Origin: a virus
Taxonomy: Duplodnaviria; Caudoviricetes
Virus record (IMG/VR): IMGVR_UViG_3300032330_001469
Location: 1-36,431 of that record
Length of the DNA stretch: 36,431 nucleotides
Reading direction: 5' to 3' (one strand)
Shown here: positions 1-8,028 of the stretch, piece after piece
Numbering within the stretch: the first letter of the stretch is position 1
Layout: every line of letters begins with the position of its first letter
Translations under genes and position numbers: made by a program
Notes under the pieces: generated by a model
Told to the model about the DNA's origin: nothing
What the model saw: only the letters and a program-made list of their open reading frames with translations
Databases searched by the model: none

Positions 1-1
1 C

Positions 2-298
2 GGCCTCGCCGACCTCTGGTTCTTTGTGCCGTCGGCGCCGCCGTCGCTGACCACGCTGGTGATCTGCATCGAGATGAAGCGGAAGGAGCTGCCGGTCGGC
101 CTGTTCCGCAAGAAAAAGCGGCCGGCCGGCACGCTGAGCAAGGCGCAGATCGACCGCTGGCCGGAGATGCGGGCCGCCAACATCCGGCTGCACATCGCCT
201 ATTCGGTCGAGGATGTGGTCGCCATCCTGACCAGCTACGGCATCCCGCTGCACGCCCGGCTGATGTCGAGCGGCGCCGTGCTGAAGGCGCCGCGCTGA
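2..298 (+). CDS. VRR-NUC family PD-(D/E)xK nuclease, 5'-truncated by window edge
   Basis: Frame open from base 2: GLADLWFFVP...ICIEMK...GTLSKAQIDRW...HIAYSVEDV matches the G.pDL...EmK...Ls..Q...S.edv pattern. Confidence 0.75.
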   Translation, partial: GLADLWFFVPSAPPSLTTLVICIEMKRKELPVGLFRKKKRPAGTLSKAQIDRWPEMRAANIRLHIAYSVEDVVAILTSYGIPLHARLMSSGAVLKAPR

Positions 299-852
299 TG
301 GCGGTGTTCTGGACCGAGCAGATGCTGGCCGATCTGCGCGGCACCGAGTCGGGCTATGTGCTGGCGGCGCGCTACGGGCTGAGCCTGGGCACCGTCACCG
401 GCAAGCGCTTCCGGCTGCGGAAGGCCGGCACCCAGATCGCCGAGAAGGCGCCGCGCCCCAGCGCGACCAAGGAGGAGCTGCTGGCGCGGCGTCGCGCCCG
501 TCGACGGAAGACCCCTCAGCCCGAGGGCGCGCTGGCGCCGCCCCTGCCGCCCCCACCCCCGCCCATTGTTGTCCCGCCCACCCCCTCGCCGCCGCAGCAG
601 CCGGAGAAGCCGCCGCTGGTGGTCAGGCTGGCGCCGGTGGCTGACCCGACGCTCTATCGGGTGGTCGGCAGGCCGGCGGCGCCACGGCGGGTCAACGCGC
701 TGCATCGCGGCTGCCAGTGGCCGCTCGAAGACAAGACCGCCGACCGGCCGTGGCGGTTCTGCGAGGAGCCGAGCGAGGTCGGCAGGCCCTACTGCACGCC
801 GCATTGCGCGGTCGCCTATGGCCGCCGGCAGGCCCAGGACGCAATCGAATGA
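298..852 (+). CDS. gcrA: GcrA-like cell-cycle transcriptional regulator
   Basis: N-terminal WT..L...HTH (LSLGTVTGKRFRL), Pro-rich linker, C-terminal CQWPL...RFC....GRPYCTPHCAVAY typical of GcrA. Confidence 0.85.
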   Translation: MAVFWTEQMLADLRGTESGYVLAARYGLSLGTVTGKRFRLRKAGTQIAEKAPRPSATKEELLARRRARRRKTPQPEGALAPPLPPPPPPIVVPPTPSPPQQPEKPPLVVRLAPVADPTLYRVVGRPAAPRRVNALHRGCQWPLEDKTADRPWRFCEEPSEVGRPYCTPHCAVAYGRRQAQDAIE

Positions 853-1763
853 CCAAGGGGGCCAGCAAGAACCCGCTCTGGATCAGGTGGTGGCCGGCTG
901 CTGCGGTCGACGACATGAGCGACCTCACGGCGATGGAGGAGCTGGCTTACCGGCGCATCCTCGACCACATCTTCAAGTCCAATGACCGCCTGCGCGACGA
1001 CGACGCCGTCATGCCGACGGTCACCAAGGTCGGCCGGCAATGGAAGGCCATCAAGGCTTCGCTGATCGACAAGGGTAAGATCGAGGTCGCCGGCGGCCTC
1101 ATCAGGAACCGCCGGGCCAGCGAGACGTGCATCGAAACTACGAGTTACAGGGCGCGGCAAACCGCCGCTGCCGAGTGCAGCCATGGCGATGGTAAGCGTC
1201 TGAAAAACAAGCAAACCACCTCTGCCGTGGCAGATGCCGTCGCACCTGCCACGGCACATGCCGTCGCACCTGCTAGTTACCAGTTACCAGAAGATACCTC
1301 TCCAGCTAACGCTGGAGAGGGCGAGGCTGCGCCCCGCCGTGACCCCGAGCCGCAGCCCGAGGTGAGGCCGGTTCAGGCGGCATTGCCGCCGCTGGGGGTG
1401 ATCCAGGGTGGCGGCGACACCGGCGCCCCGGAGAGCGAGGCCGAGCGGATCAAGCGCCAGCTCTGGACCGAGGGGGTCGCCATCATCTCGCGCCTCGCCC
1501 CAGCCTTGCCGCTCGACAAGGTTCGCGTGCTGATCGGTCAGGGTGCCAAGGCTCTGGGCGGCGGCACCCAGGTGATCCAGGCGCTGCGCGACGTGGAGCT
1601 GCACTTCGCCACGGCGAGCTATGGCGGCGACCCCGTCGCGGCGATCCGGGGCTTCTTCAACCAGCGGGCCGGCACCAGCAAGGCGGCGAAGGCCGCTGCC
1701 CTTGCCGCCCCGGAAACTGCCACCGAGATGAAGGCCCGGCTGCGGGCGCAAGGAGCGATCTGA
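849..1763 (+). CDS. YdaU/DUF1376-family phage replication initiator
   Basis: ATG overlaps the gcrA stop (ATGA); WIRWWPAAAVDDMSDLTAMEELAYRRILDHIF is a DUF1376-type N-terminus; internal iterons. Confidence 0.75.
   Translation: MTKGASKNPLWIRWWPAAAVDDMSDLTAMEELAYRRILDHIFKSNDRLRDDDAVMPTVTKVGRQWKAIKASLIDKGKIEVAGGLIRNRRASETCIETTSYRARQTAAAECSHGDGKRLKNKQTTSAVADAVAPATAHAVAPASYQLPEDTSPANAGEGEAAPRRDPEPQPEVRPVQAALPPLGVIQGGGDTGAPESEAERIKRQLWTEGVAIISRLAPALPLDKVRVLIGQGAKALGGGTQVIQALRDVELHFATASYGGDPVAAIRGFFNQRAGTSKAAKAAALAAPETATEMKARLRAQGAI
1223..1320. repeat. Putative replication origin: 12-bp iterons inside the initiator gene plus an inverted repeat
   Basis: tgccgtggcaga/tgccgtcgcacc/tgccacggcaca/tgccgtcgcacc at 1223, 1235, 1247, 1259; then agttacc x2 and cctctccagc-taac-gctggagagg (1297-1320). 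Confidence 0.7.
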
Positions 1764-2560
1764 TGAAGACCCTGACCGATGCCATGAGCAAGGCCATCTC
1801 CGGCGTGCCCGCGCGGCGCCAGGAGGCGGCCAAGCCGCCCGCGCCCCTGATGCCCATCGCTCTCGCCGAGCGGGTGCTGCTGCGCCCCCAGTCGGCCGCC
1901 CTGGCCGGCGCGATGCAGTTGGCGGTGATGGCCGAGGCTGGCCCCACGCGCTACGCCGGCGGTGATGGCGATGTGCTGGTGATGCCGGCCGCCGTGGTGG
2001 TGGTCACCCCGGTCGCCGCCGGCGAGGCGCGGGAGCGTCTGGCGGCGCTGGAGGCGATGGCGGCCCAGCGGCCGGAAGCCTCGGTGATGGTGGATTGGCT
2101 GCTGACGCTGGCAGAGCTGGTGGAGCGGGCGCCGGGCGGCGACGCGCTGGCCCGCGAGGTTCAGGTGCTGGCCCGCCACCTCGACCTGCCGGCGATGCTG
2201 TTCACCGAAGCGAACGCCAAGGTGCTGGCGGCCGAGCTGATCTACTGGCCGAAGTTCGCCAAGCTGGAGGTGGCGATGCGCCGCCTGCTGAAGCCGCTGG
2301 AGGCCGAGGCCAGCCGATTGGCGCGGGTGGTTGCCGCTGGCGCCCGGCCCGCGACGCGCCCCGAGCCGGCGGTGACCCGGCCGAAGCCGACGCCGGAGCA
2401 GGCCGAGGCCAACCGGCGGGTGGTGGAGGAGATGCAGCGCGCCGCCGACCCGGCGCCGCCGCGTCGGCCGAAGGTCGGCAAGGTCAAGCCGCTGACGCCA
2501 GCGCAGACCGCTGAGATGCGCCGCCAGCTCCAGGCCAAGCGCCAGGGCGGCGCGGCGTGA
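1763..2560 (+). CDS. Hypothetical protein, possible helicase loader/initiator partner
   Basis: Coupled (TGATG) to the initiator; position equivalent to lambda P; no motif recognised. Confidence 0.55.
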   Translation: MKTLTDAMSKAISGVPARRQEAAKPPAPLMPIALAERVLLRPQSAALAGAMQLAVMAEAGPTRYAGGDGDVLVMPAAVVVVTPVAAGEARERLAALEAMAAQRPEASVMVDWLLTLAELVERAPGGDALAREVQVLARHLDLPAMLFTEANAKVLAAELIYWPKFAKLEVAMRRLLKPLEAEASRLARVVAAGARPATRPEPAVTRPKPTPEQAEANRRVVEEMQRAADPAPPRRPKVGKVKPLTPAQTAEMRRQLQAKRQGGAA

Positions 2561-2736
2561 GTACCGTCCTGCTGCTGCTGGTGTTCTGGAGCGGCAAGCT
2601 GGAGATAGTCAGCCAGCACTTCAACACGCCAGGGGCTTGCGAGGAGGCCAGGGCCTGGGTGGCGCGGCAGCATGAGGGCGCCGCTGCCGTCATCCGCTCG
2701 ACCTGCCTGCCGGATCGTGTCGAGCATCAGCGTTGA
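2557..2736 (+). CDS. Small hypothetical protein (59 aa, hydrophobic N-terminus, two Cys)
   Basis: GTGA overlap; MSTVLLLLVFWSGK...FNTPGACEEARAW...STCLP; below the ORF-track cutoff. Confidence 0.55.
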   Translation: MSTVLLLLVFWSGKLEIVSQHFNTPGACEEARAWVARQHEGAAAVIRSTCLPDRVEHQR

Positions 2737-2761
2737 CCGGGCGGGGGCGCGTGCTTAGGTT
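2733..2761 (+). promoter_or_regulatory. Sigma70-type promoter, probably giving a leaderless mRNA
   Basis: TTGACC-17-TAGGTT; ATG at 2768 lies 6 nt downstream with no SD. Confidence 0.6.
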
Positions 2762-2767
2762 CATTGC

Positions 2768-3046
2768 ATGCCAAACCCCGCGACCCGCGACCAGATGACC
2801 GACGGGCAGTTCCGCGAGCTGCTGCTGCGGCTCGACTGGTCTGGCCACCTGATGGCCGAGATGATGGACCGCGCGCCCAGGCTGATCCGCGACTGGACCT
2901 CGGGCGCCAAGCCGGTGCCGCCGGATGTGGCGGCGTGGCTCTGGCGCCTGGATGCGCTCTGGGCCGAGATGCCGCGCAGCAAGCGCGGACAGGTGGCGGC
3001 GACGGTGGCCGGCCCGCCGCAGCGCATCGCCGGCTTCAGTCGATAA
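2768..3046 (+). CDS. Small XRE-like HTH DNA-binding protein
   Basis: MTDGQFRELLLRLDWSGHLMAEMMDRAPRLIRDWTSGAKPVPPDVAAWL. Confidence 0.7.
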   Translation: MPNPATRDQMTDGQFRELLLRLDWSGHLMAEMMDRAPRLIRDWTSGAKPVPPDVAAWLWRLDALWAEMPRSKRGQVAATVAGPPQRIAGFSR

Positions 3047-3069
3047 GTTGTCAGCCCGCAAAATACCTC

Positions 3070-3148
3070 TTGCGGGCCGGCAAGAGCCAGGATAGGAAGG
3101 TGGGGCGCCGGCGGAATCAACCTCCGGCTGAGATGAGGCTCCTGGCCC
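3070..3148 (+). promoter_or_regulatory. Early promoter plus leader hairpin (divergent cassette copy)
   Basis: TTGCGG-17-TAGGAA followed by gccgg-cggaatcaacct-ccggc. Confidence 0.45.
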
Positions 3149-4165
3149 ATGCCCCCGAAGTTCACCAACATCGTCGCCGATCTGGCCGCCATTGCCGAGC
3201 AGGCCGCGCAGCATGAGGCCGCTGGCCGCGCCTCGCTCGCCGCCGCGCCGACCCTGAGTGCCCTGGGTCCGGTCGGCACGCCGGCCGCGAAAAACACCGG
3301 CAGCAACATCTTCTTCGCGGTGGCCAAGCAGCCCATCGCCCTGCTGGACGGCAACGACCAGATCGAGCTGAACAACTCCGGCCTCGGCATCCTGCCGCGC
3401 CTGCCGCAGTTCATGGCCACCACCCGTGACGATGGCCTGGGCAACCGGCAGATGCTGGGAATTGTCGGCCGCGACTACCATGTCGTGCCGATGCGCGACG
3501 TGGTCAGCGGCGCCGAGGAGGGCCTGCGCGCCGCCCTGGGTGACGCCAAGGTCGACATCGCCAAGGTGCGCGACAAGGTCGCATATGGCGGTGCGCGGGT
3601 CTACCGCGAGTACACCATCCCGACCGGCGACCGCATCATCCAGAACCCCAACAGCAAGCACCCCGGCACCACCGTCGCCTTCAAGGTGCAGATCGCCAAC
3701 AGCTACGACGGCTCCAGCACCGTCAGCGTCGCCTCGGGCACCATCGACCTGATCTGCACCAACGGCATGATGGGCTTCGTGGCCACCGACCGCAGCGCGG
3801 TGCGGCACTCGAAGACCGCCGTCGGCTTCGACTGGGAGCGGGTGGTCAAGCACGCCTTCGCGGCGTTCAAGGTCGATGTCGAGATGGCGCAGGAATGGGC
3901 CAACACCGACGTGACCGAGGCCGAGGCCCGCGCCCGCCTGGAGCGGCTGAAGATCGGGCCGCGCAGCCTGGAGCAGCTTCTGGGGCAGTTCAAGGTCGAG
4001 GCCGAGAACCGTGGCAGCTCGCTCTGGGCGCTGGCCTCGGCGATCACCCATGACGCCACCCATGGCCAGATGCGGAAGACCGGCCAGGATCACGCCGCGA
4101 CCACCCAGATGGAGCGCGAGATTGCGGCGGCCACCGCCGTTCGCAAGGTCTGCGCGCTGGCCTGA
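3149..4165 (+). CDS. DUF932/DUF945 family protein
   Basis: LGIVGRDYHVV and IANSYDGSSTVSVASGTIDLICTNGMM...RH signature; SLWALASAIT. Confidence 0.85.
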   Translation: MPPKFTNIVADLAAIAEQAAQHEAAGRASLAAAPTLSALGPVGTPAAKNTGSNIFFAVAKQPIALLDGNDQIELNNSGLGILPRLPQFMATTRDDGLGNRQMLGIVGRDYHVVPMRDVVSGAEEGLRAALGDAKVDIAKVRDKVAYGGARVYREYTIPTGDRIIQNPNSKHPGTTVAFKVQIANSYDGSSTVSVASGTIDLICTNGMMGFVATDRSAVRHSKTAVGFDWERVVKHAFAAFKVDVEMAQEWANTDVTEAEARARLERLKIGPRSLEQLLGQFKVEAENRGSSLWALASAITHDATHGQMRKTGQDHAATTQMEREIAAATAVRKVCALA

Positions 4166-4173
4166 AGCGCGCG

Positions 4174-4197
4174 GGGGCTGGCCGTGAGGTTGGCCCC
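4174..4197 (+). terminator. GC stem-loop after the DUF932 gene
   Basis: ggggctggcc-gtga-ggttggcccc, GNRA loop, weak U tract. Confidence 0.4.
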
Positions 4198-4268
4198 ATT
4201 GACGCCAGGGGGCGGGCGCTGCCCACCCTGGAGCCTCACCGCAAGCGGCGCAGATGCGCCAAGGGGAT

Positions 4269-4658
4269 ATGATGACCGACAAGACCGATGAGCAGAAGGC
4301 GGCCGGCATGAAGGCTGGCGCCGACCTGCAAAACAAGCTGGCTGCCGGCGCCACCACCGACCCGGCCTACATCGCGGCGGCGAACTCGGCCGGCCTCGCT
4401 GTGCATGGCGCCGCTCTGGCCCTGATGGAGGAGGCGCACCCGCCCAGCTTCATCGCCAATGGCATGCTGTTCGAGGCGGTGAAGATCATGGTCAACGTCG
4501 CCGTGGCGGCGAACGTCGACCTGGGCGTCATTCACGACCAGCTCCACGCCATGGCCTGCGATGCTTTCCAGACCAACGTGCGGGCCGCGCACATCCGCCA
4601 GCACGACCTGCAACAGAAGATGCAGGCGTGGTTCTCCACCCCGGCGGGGCATGCGTGA
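4269..4658 (+). CDS. Hypothetical protein
   Basis: AAGGGG SD before ATG; coding-like codon use; coupled to the next gene. Confidence 0.65.
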   Translation: MMTDKTDEQKAAGMKAGADLQNKLAAGATTDPAYIAAANSAGLAVHGAALALMEEAHPPSFIANGMLFEAVKIMVNVAVAANVDLGVIHDQLHAMACDAFQTNVRAAHIRQHDLQQKMQAWFSTPAGHA

Positions 4659-4846
4659 TGGCCTACCGCATCATGGAGGTCGTCGCCAACGGGATGGCCA
4701 CCTCGCGCGTCGATCTGGAGGAGAAGCTGCGCCGGCTGCTGACGCTGCTGGAGGAGCAGCAGGAGCGGCCGGCCTACGCCACGGCGGCGTCTCGGGAGGA
4801 GATGCGCGACCTGCGCCGCGACCTCCAGCAGGCCGGCCGGGCATGA
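4658..4846 (+). CDS. Small hypothetical helical protein
   Basis: TGATG coupling; MAYRIMEVVANG... Confidence 0.55.
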   Translation: MAYRIMEVVANGMATSRVDLEEKLRRLLTLLEEQQERPAYATAASREEMRDLRRDLQQAGRA

Positions 4847-5046
4847 AGCGCGACCAGTCGAAGCTGCGCGATCTGGTCAAGGAAGCGGAGGCGGCCGGTC
4901 TGGTCGTCTCCACAACCTCGAAGGGCCACCTCCGCATGCGCGGCCACGGCATCCTGCTGTTCAGCAGCGGCACGCCGAGCGACACCAGAGCCTGGAACAA
5001 CGCCCAGGCCCAGATGAGGCGGGCACTTGCCGCCCAGAAAAAGTAG
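4843..5046 (+). CDS. HicA-like (dsRBD-fold) toxin family protein
   Basis: MKRDQSKLRDLVKEAEAAGLVVSTTSKGHLRM...SGTPSDTRAWNNAQAQMRR: basic 67 aa with a GH motif and the TPSD.R..N motif of phage HicA-like proteins. Confidence 0.65.
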   Translation: MKRDQSKLRDLVKEAEAAGLVVSTTSKGHLRMRGHGILLFSSGTPSDTRAWNNAQAQMRRALAAQKK

Positions 5047-5065
5047 TGCATCGCCAACTTGGCGA

Positions 5066-5145
5066 TTGACAAGACGTGCCGGAGGGCCGAAAAGGGCGCA
5101 CCGGCACTGAGCTGGACACCACCAACGGAGGGTCACATGACCGCC
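5066..5145 (+). promoter_or_regulatory. Early expression cassette (promoter-hairpin-RBS)
   Basis: TTGACA-17-GAAAAG (poor -10), ccggc-actga-gctgg, caccaccaac GGAGGGTCAC ATGACCGCC. Confidence 0.65.
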
Positions 5146-5730
5146 ACCACCACCCCGCGCACCCTGGCCCAGATCACCGAGGCCCGCGCCACCGCCACCG
5201 ACATGCTGGCGAAGTTCATCGAGGCCCGCGACGCCAGCAAGGCGCTCCTGGCCGGGCTGCCGGAGGCGCAGGCCGACCTGCTGGTCGTGCAGGGCCAGCG
5301 GAACCGCATGGTGCTGGTTAAGGGCACCGAGGGCGGTCGCCCGATCTACCGGCTGGGCTTCATCAGCCGGCAGACCATCAACGACGGCACGCTGGCCACC
5401 TGGGAGCGGGACGGCATTTTCGTCTCCGAGAGCGACGCCAACGTGGTCGCCGCCAGCTTCTCGCGGGCGCTGAAGGTCGACACGGTGGTGGTTCGTGCCT
5501 TGCACATGGCGATCCACCATGACATCGCCGGCCAGGACGAGGTCATCAAGATCACCGAGGACGCGATAGCCAAGCTGGATGCCGAGGAGCTGCCGCTGCT
5601 GCGGGCCGAGCGGGCCGAGATGCTGGGCGCGCTCCAGGCGGTTGCCACCAGCCCCAGCCGTGGCGGCCTGTCGGTCGGCGAGCTGGAGCGGGTCACCAAG
5701 ATCGTCGCCAACGCCAAGCGGGAGGGCTGA
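5137..5730 (+). CDS. Hypothetical protein
   Basis: Strong SD GGAGGG; begins MTATTT. Confidence 0.75.
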   Translation: MTATTTPRTLAQITEARATATDMLAKFIEARDASKALLAGLPEAQADLLVVQGQRNRMVLVKGTEGGRPIYRLGFISRQTINDGTLATWERDGIFVSESDANVVAASFSRALKVDTVVVRALHMAIHHDIAGQDEVIKITEDAIAKLDAEELPLLRAERAEMLGALQAVATSPSRGGLSVGELERVTKIVANAKREG

Positions 5731-5734
5731 GACG

Positions 5735-6259
5735 ATGGCCAGCGTGACCTACACCGTCGAGGGCCGGGGCGAGTTCCCGGCCGACATGCTGCGCCGTGAT
5801 GGGGCGGCCCCCACCGACGCGGCAAGCCGGATGGCCATGGAGCGGGTGGGCATCGACCTGCCGCTGCGCCGCGTGACGCTGACCAGCGCTTATCGCGGCG
5901 CTCCGCTGGTCGCCCGCTGGAACAGCTTCGGCTGGAAGGTGGTGGATTGCAGCGACGAGAACGTGGGCCTCACCCCGCGCGCCGCAGCGCCGGCGCCACA
6001 GGTGGCCGCGATCAGGATGCTGCCGCCGACCTGGGTTGGCGTGCTGCCGCTGCTGCTGGCGGTTCACCGCGACGGCAGCGAGAAGGGGGCAGTCGAGGCC
6101 GCCGCCGAGCTGCGGAACATGGCCGCCCTGGCCGACCTGCTGAACGGGGCGGTCGAGGTCATCCAGGGGCTGCTGGACGCCGGCACCTCCACCGAGATGG
6201 ATGGTTCCATGCAGGACGCTCGCGCCCTGCTGGCCAAGCTGCCGAAGAAGGAGGGCTAG
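5735..6259 (+). CDS. Hypothetical phage protein (FPxDMLRxD motif)
   Basis: GGAGG SD; YTVEGRGEFPADMLRRDGAAP...RWNSFGWKV. Confidence 0.7.
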   Translation: MASVTYTVEGRGEFPADMLRRDGAAPTDAASRMAMERVGIDLPLRRVTLTSAYRGAPLVARWNSFGWKVVDCSDENVGLTPRAAAPAPQVAAIRMLPPTWVGVLPLLLAVHRDGSEKGAVEAAAELRNMAALADLLNGAVEVIQGLLDAGTSTEMDGSMQDARALLAKLPKKEG

Positions 6260-6262
6260 GCC

Positions 6263-6472
6263 ATGGAGCGCCCCAGGCTTGTCAGCACTGACGGTCAGCG
6301 CCAGCTATGGGAGGTTCCGCCCGGCTGGCGCCTGGAGCCTTACGCCCCGCCGGGCGACCCGAATGACAGCTACCCGAAGCTGCTGGCGGCCGGGCTGAAG
6401 CCCGACACCGCCGCTGCGATCCTGAAGCAGATTTACCCAGACTGGGATGGGCCAGCGAAACTTGCCAGTTGA
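6263..6472 (+). CDS. Hypothetical protein
   Basis: GGAGG SD, 69 aa. Confidence 0.6.
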   Translation: MERPRLVSTDGQRQLWEVPPGWRLEPYAPPGDPNDSYPKLLAAGLKPDTAAAILKQIYPDWDGPAKLAS

Positions 6473-6547
6473 CATAGCACTTGCCGGTTCGTAAGTAGAG
6501 CGGGCCGGCAACGCCGCCGGCTTCGACAGGAGGGTCCGATGACCGCC
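6469..6547 (+). promoter_or_regulatory. Early expression cassette
   Basis: TTGACA-17-TAAGTA, gccggc-aacgcc-gccggc, caGGAGGGTCcg ATGACCGCC. Confidence 0.75.
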
Positions 6548-7168
6548 ATGACCGCAAACCCCGCCAGCATCCTCGCCGCCAACCTCGACCGTCTGAGCGA
6601 GAAGGACCGCAAGTTCGCGGTCGACCTCCTCCAGGCCGTGCGCCACAACCGCGCCAGCGACAAGCAATGGCACTGGGTTGGCGTCCTGGCGGCCCGCTCC
6701 AGCGGCACCGAGGAGCGCGCGAGCGTGCGGGTCGCCGACGACCTGACCGGCGTGCTGGCGCTATTCGACAAGGCTGGCTCGAAGCTGGTTCGGCCGGTGG
6801 TGACCCTCAGCGATGCTGAGGCCGGCGCGATCCGCATCACCGTCGCCGGCGAGCGCGCCCGCGTGCCGGGCAGCCTGAACGTCACCACCGCCGGTGCCTT
6901 CGAGGAGCGCGAGTGGCTGGGCCGCATCCACCGCGATGGCCGCTGGGAGCTGTCCCGCACCGCCGGCGACCGCGCCGGCCCGGTGGGCGCGCTGCTGGCC
7001 CGCTTCGCCGCCGACCCGGCCACCGTCTCGGCCGAGCATGGCCGCACCACCGGGCATTGCTCCTATTGCTCGCTGCCGCTGAAGGATGCCCGCAGCCTCC
7101 AGGCCGGATACGGCCAGACCTGCGCGAAGAACTACGGGTTGGCCTGGGGCAAGCAGCTTGTCGGTTGA
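6539..7168 (+). CDS. DUF6011-type Zn-finger protein
   Basis: C-terminal HGRTTGHCSYCSLPLKDARSLQAGYGQTCAKNYGL; N-terminal SDKQWHWV motif. Confidence 0.75.
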   Translation: MTAMTANPASILAANLDRLSEKDRKFAVDLLQAVRHNRASDKQWHWVGVLAARSSGTEERASVRVADDLTGVLALFDKAGSKLVRPVVTLSDAEAGAIRITVAGERARVPGSLNVTTAGAFEEREWLGRIHRDGRWELSRTAGDRAGPVGALLARFAADPATVSAEHGRTTGHCSYCSLPLKDARSLQAGYGQTCAKNYGLAWGKQLVG

Positions 7169-7246
7169 CAAGATAACCGAGGCCGCGTAGAAACCGGGGG
7201 GGCCGGCGTCGAGCCGGCCTCATCCATGGAGGGTCACATGACCGCC
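7165..7246 (+). promoter_or_regulatory. Early expression cassette
   Basis: TTGACA-17-TAGAAA, ggccggc-gtcga-gccggcc, GGAGGGTCAC ATGACCGCC. Confidence 0.8.
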
Positions 7247-7681
7247 GTCACCATCTGGCTCCCGAGCAAGCGAGAGCCGTTCGTCCTGATCCCGCACGAC
7301 ATGCGGCCCGGCCAAAGCCCGCAGGACATCCTGCCCGAGCTGCGCGGCGACTGGCAGCGTATCCCGGCCGACCATCCACTGATCGCCCGTGATGTCGACT
7401 GGCACCCCGGCACCTTCGACGTGGTCGAGCTGCCGGAGTTCATCGAGCATCGCGGCGTGGTCATCACCGCCAAGGCCGACCCCGCCACCCATGGCTTCCT
7501 GGCCCTGGCCGGCGGGCGGTCGCGGATCACCTGGGGGCGCAGCGAGGTCAGCGCCCTGGAGGCGGCGAAGCTGCTGGTCGAGGCGGCCTTCAACGACCCC
7601 TACAGCATCAACGGGCCGCTCTGGCTGAACGACAGCATCCACTGGAGGGCCGCCCTGAAGGCCGCCCAGGGAGGCCGCTGA
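7238..7681 (+). CDS. Hypothetical protein
   Basis: Cassette SD; begins MTAVTI. Confidence 0.7.
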   Translation: MTAVTIWLPSKREPFVLIPHDMRPGQSPQDILPELRGDWQRIPADHPLIARDVDWHPGTFDVVELPEFIEHRGVVITAKADPATHGFLALAGGRSRITWGRSEVSALEAAKLLVEAAFNDPYSINGPLWLNDSIHWRAALKAAQGGR

Positions 7682-7682
7682 G

Positions 7683-7859
7683 ATGGCCGAGCTTTCCTTG
7701 ATCTACCGTCACCGCAGCCGAGAATACTGGCTGGTCTGGGATGCCTCGGCGCAGGTCTTCGAGATGTTCGCCAGCAAGGAGGCTGACGATTACCTGGGCT
7801 GCTTCGACACCAGGGCAGAGGCCCTGGCCTACGCCAAGCAGCACGCTCTCGAAGCCTGA
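7683..7859 (+). CDS. Small hypothetical protein (58 aa)
   Basis: GGAGG SD; MAELSLIYRHRSREYWLVWD...YLGCFDTRAEALAYAKQHALEA; not in the ORF track. Confidence 0.65.
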   Translation: MAELSLIYRHRSREYWLVWDASAQVFEMFASKEADDYLGCFDTRAEALAYAKQHALEA

Positions 7860-7910
7860 CCGCGCAACACCGCGCGAGCGGCCGATGACCGCGACTGCCA
7901 TCACGACCTG

Positions 7911-7977
7911 TTGACGGTGCGGCCAGGAACCGATACATCATCAGCGCTGGGCATAGACCAGCGTCACCAAGGAGGGG
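7911..7977 (+). promoter_or_regulatory. Early expression cassette variant
   Basis: TTGACG-17-TACATC, cgctgg-gcataga-ccagcg, caccaaGGAGGG. Confidence 0.65.
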
Positions 7978-8028
7978 CATTGCCCGCCGCATCCCGCAAC
8001 GGGCGATGCCCCTCGCAGAGGGGTCAGA

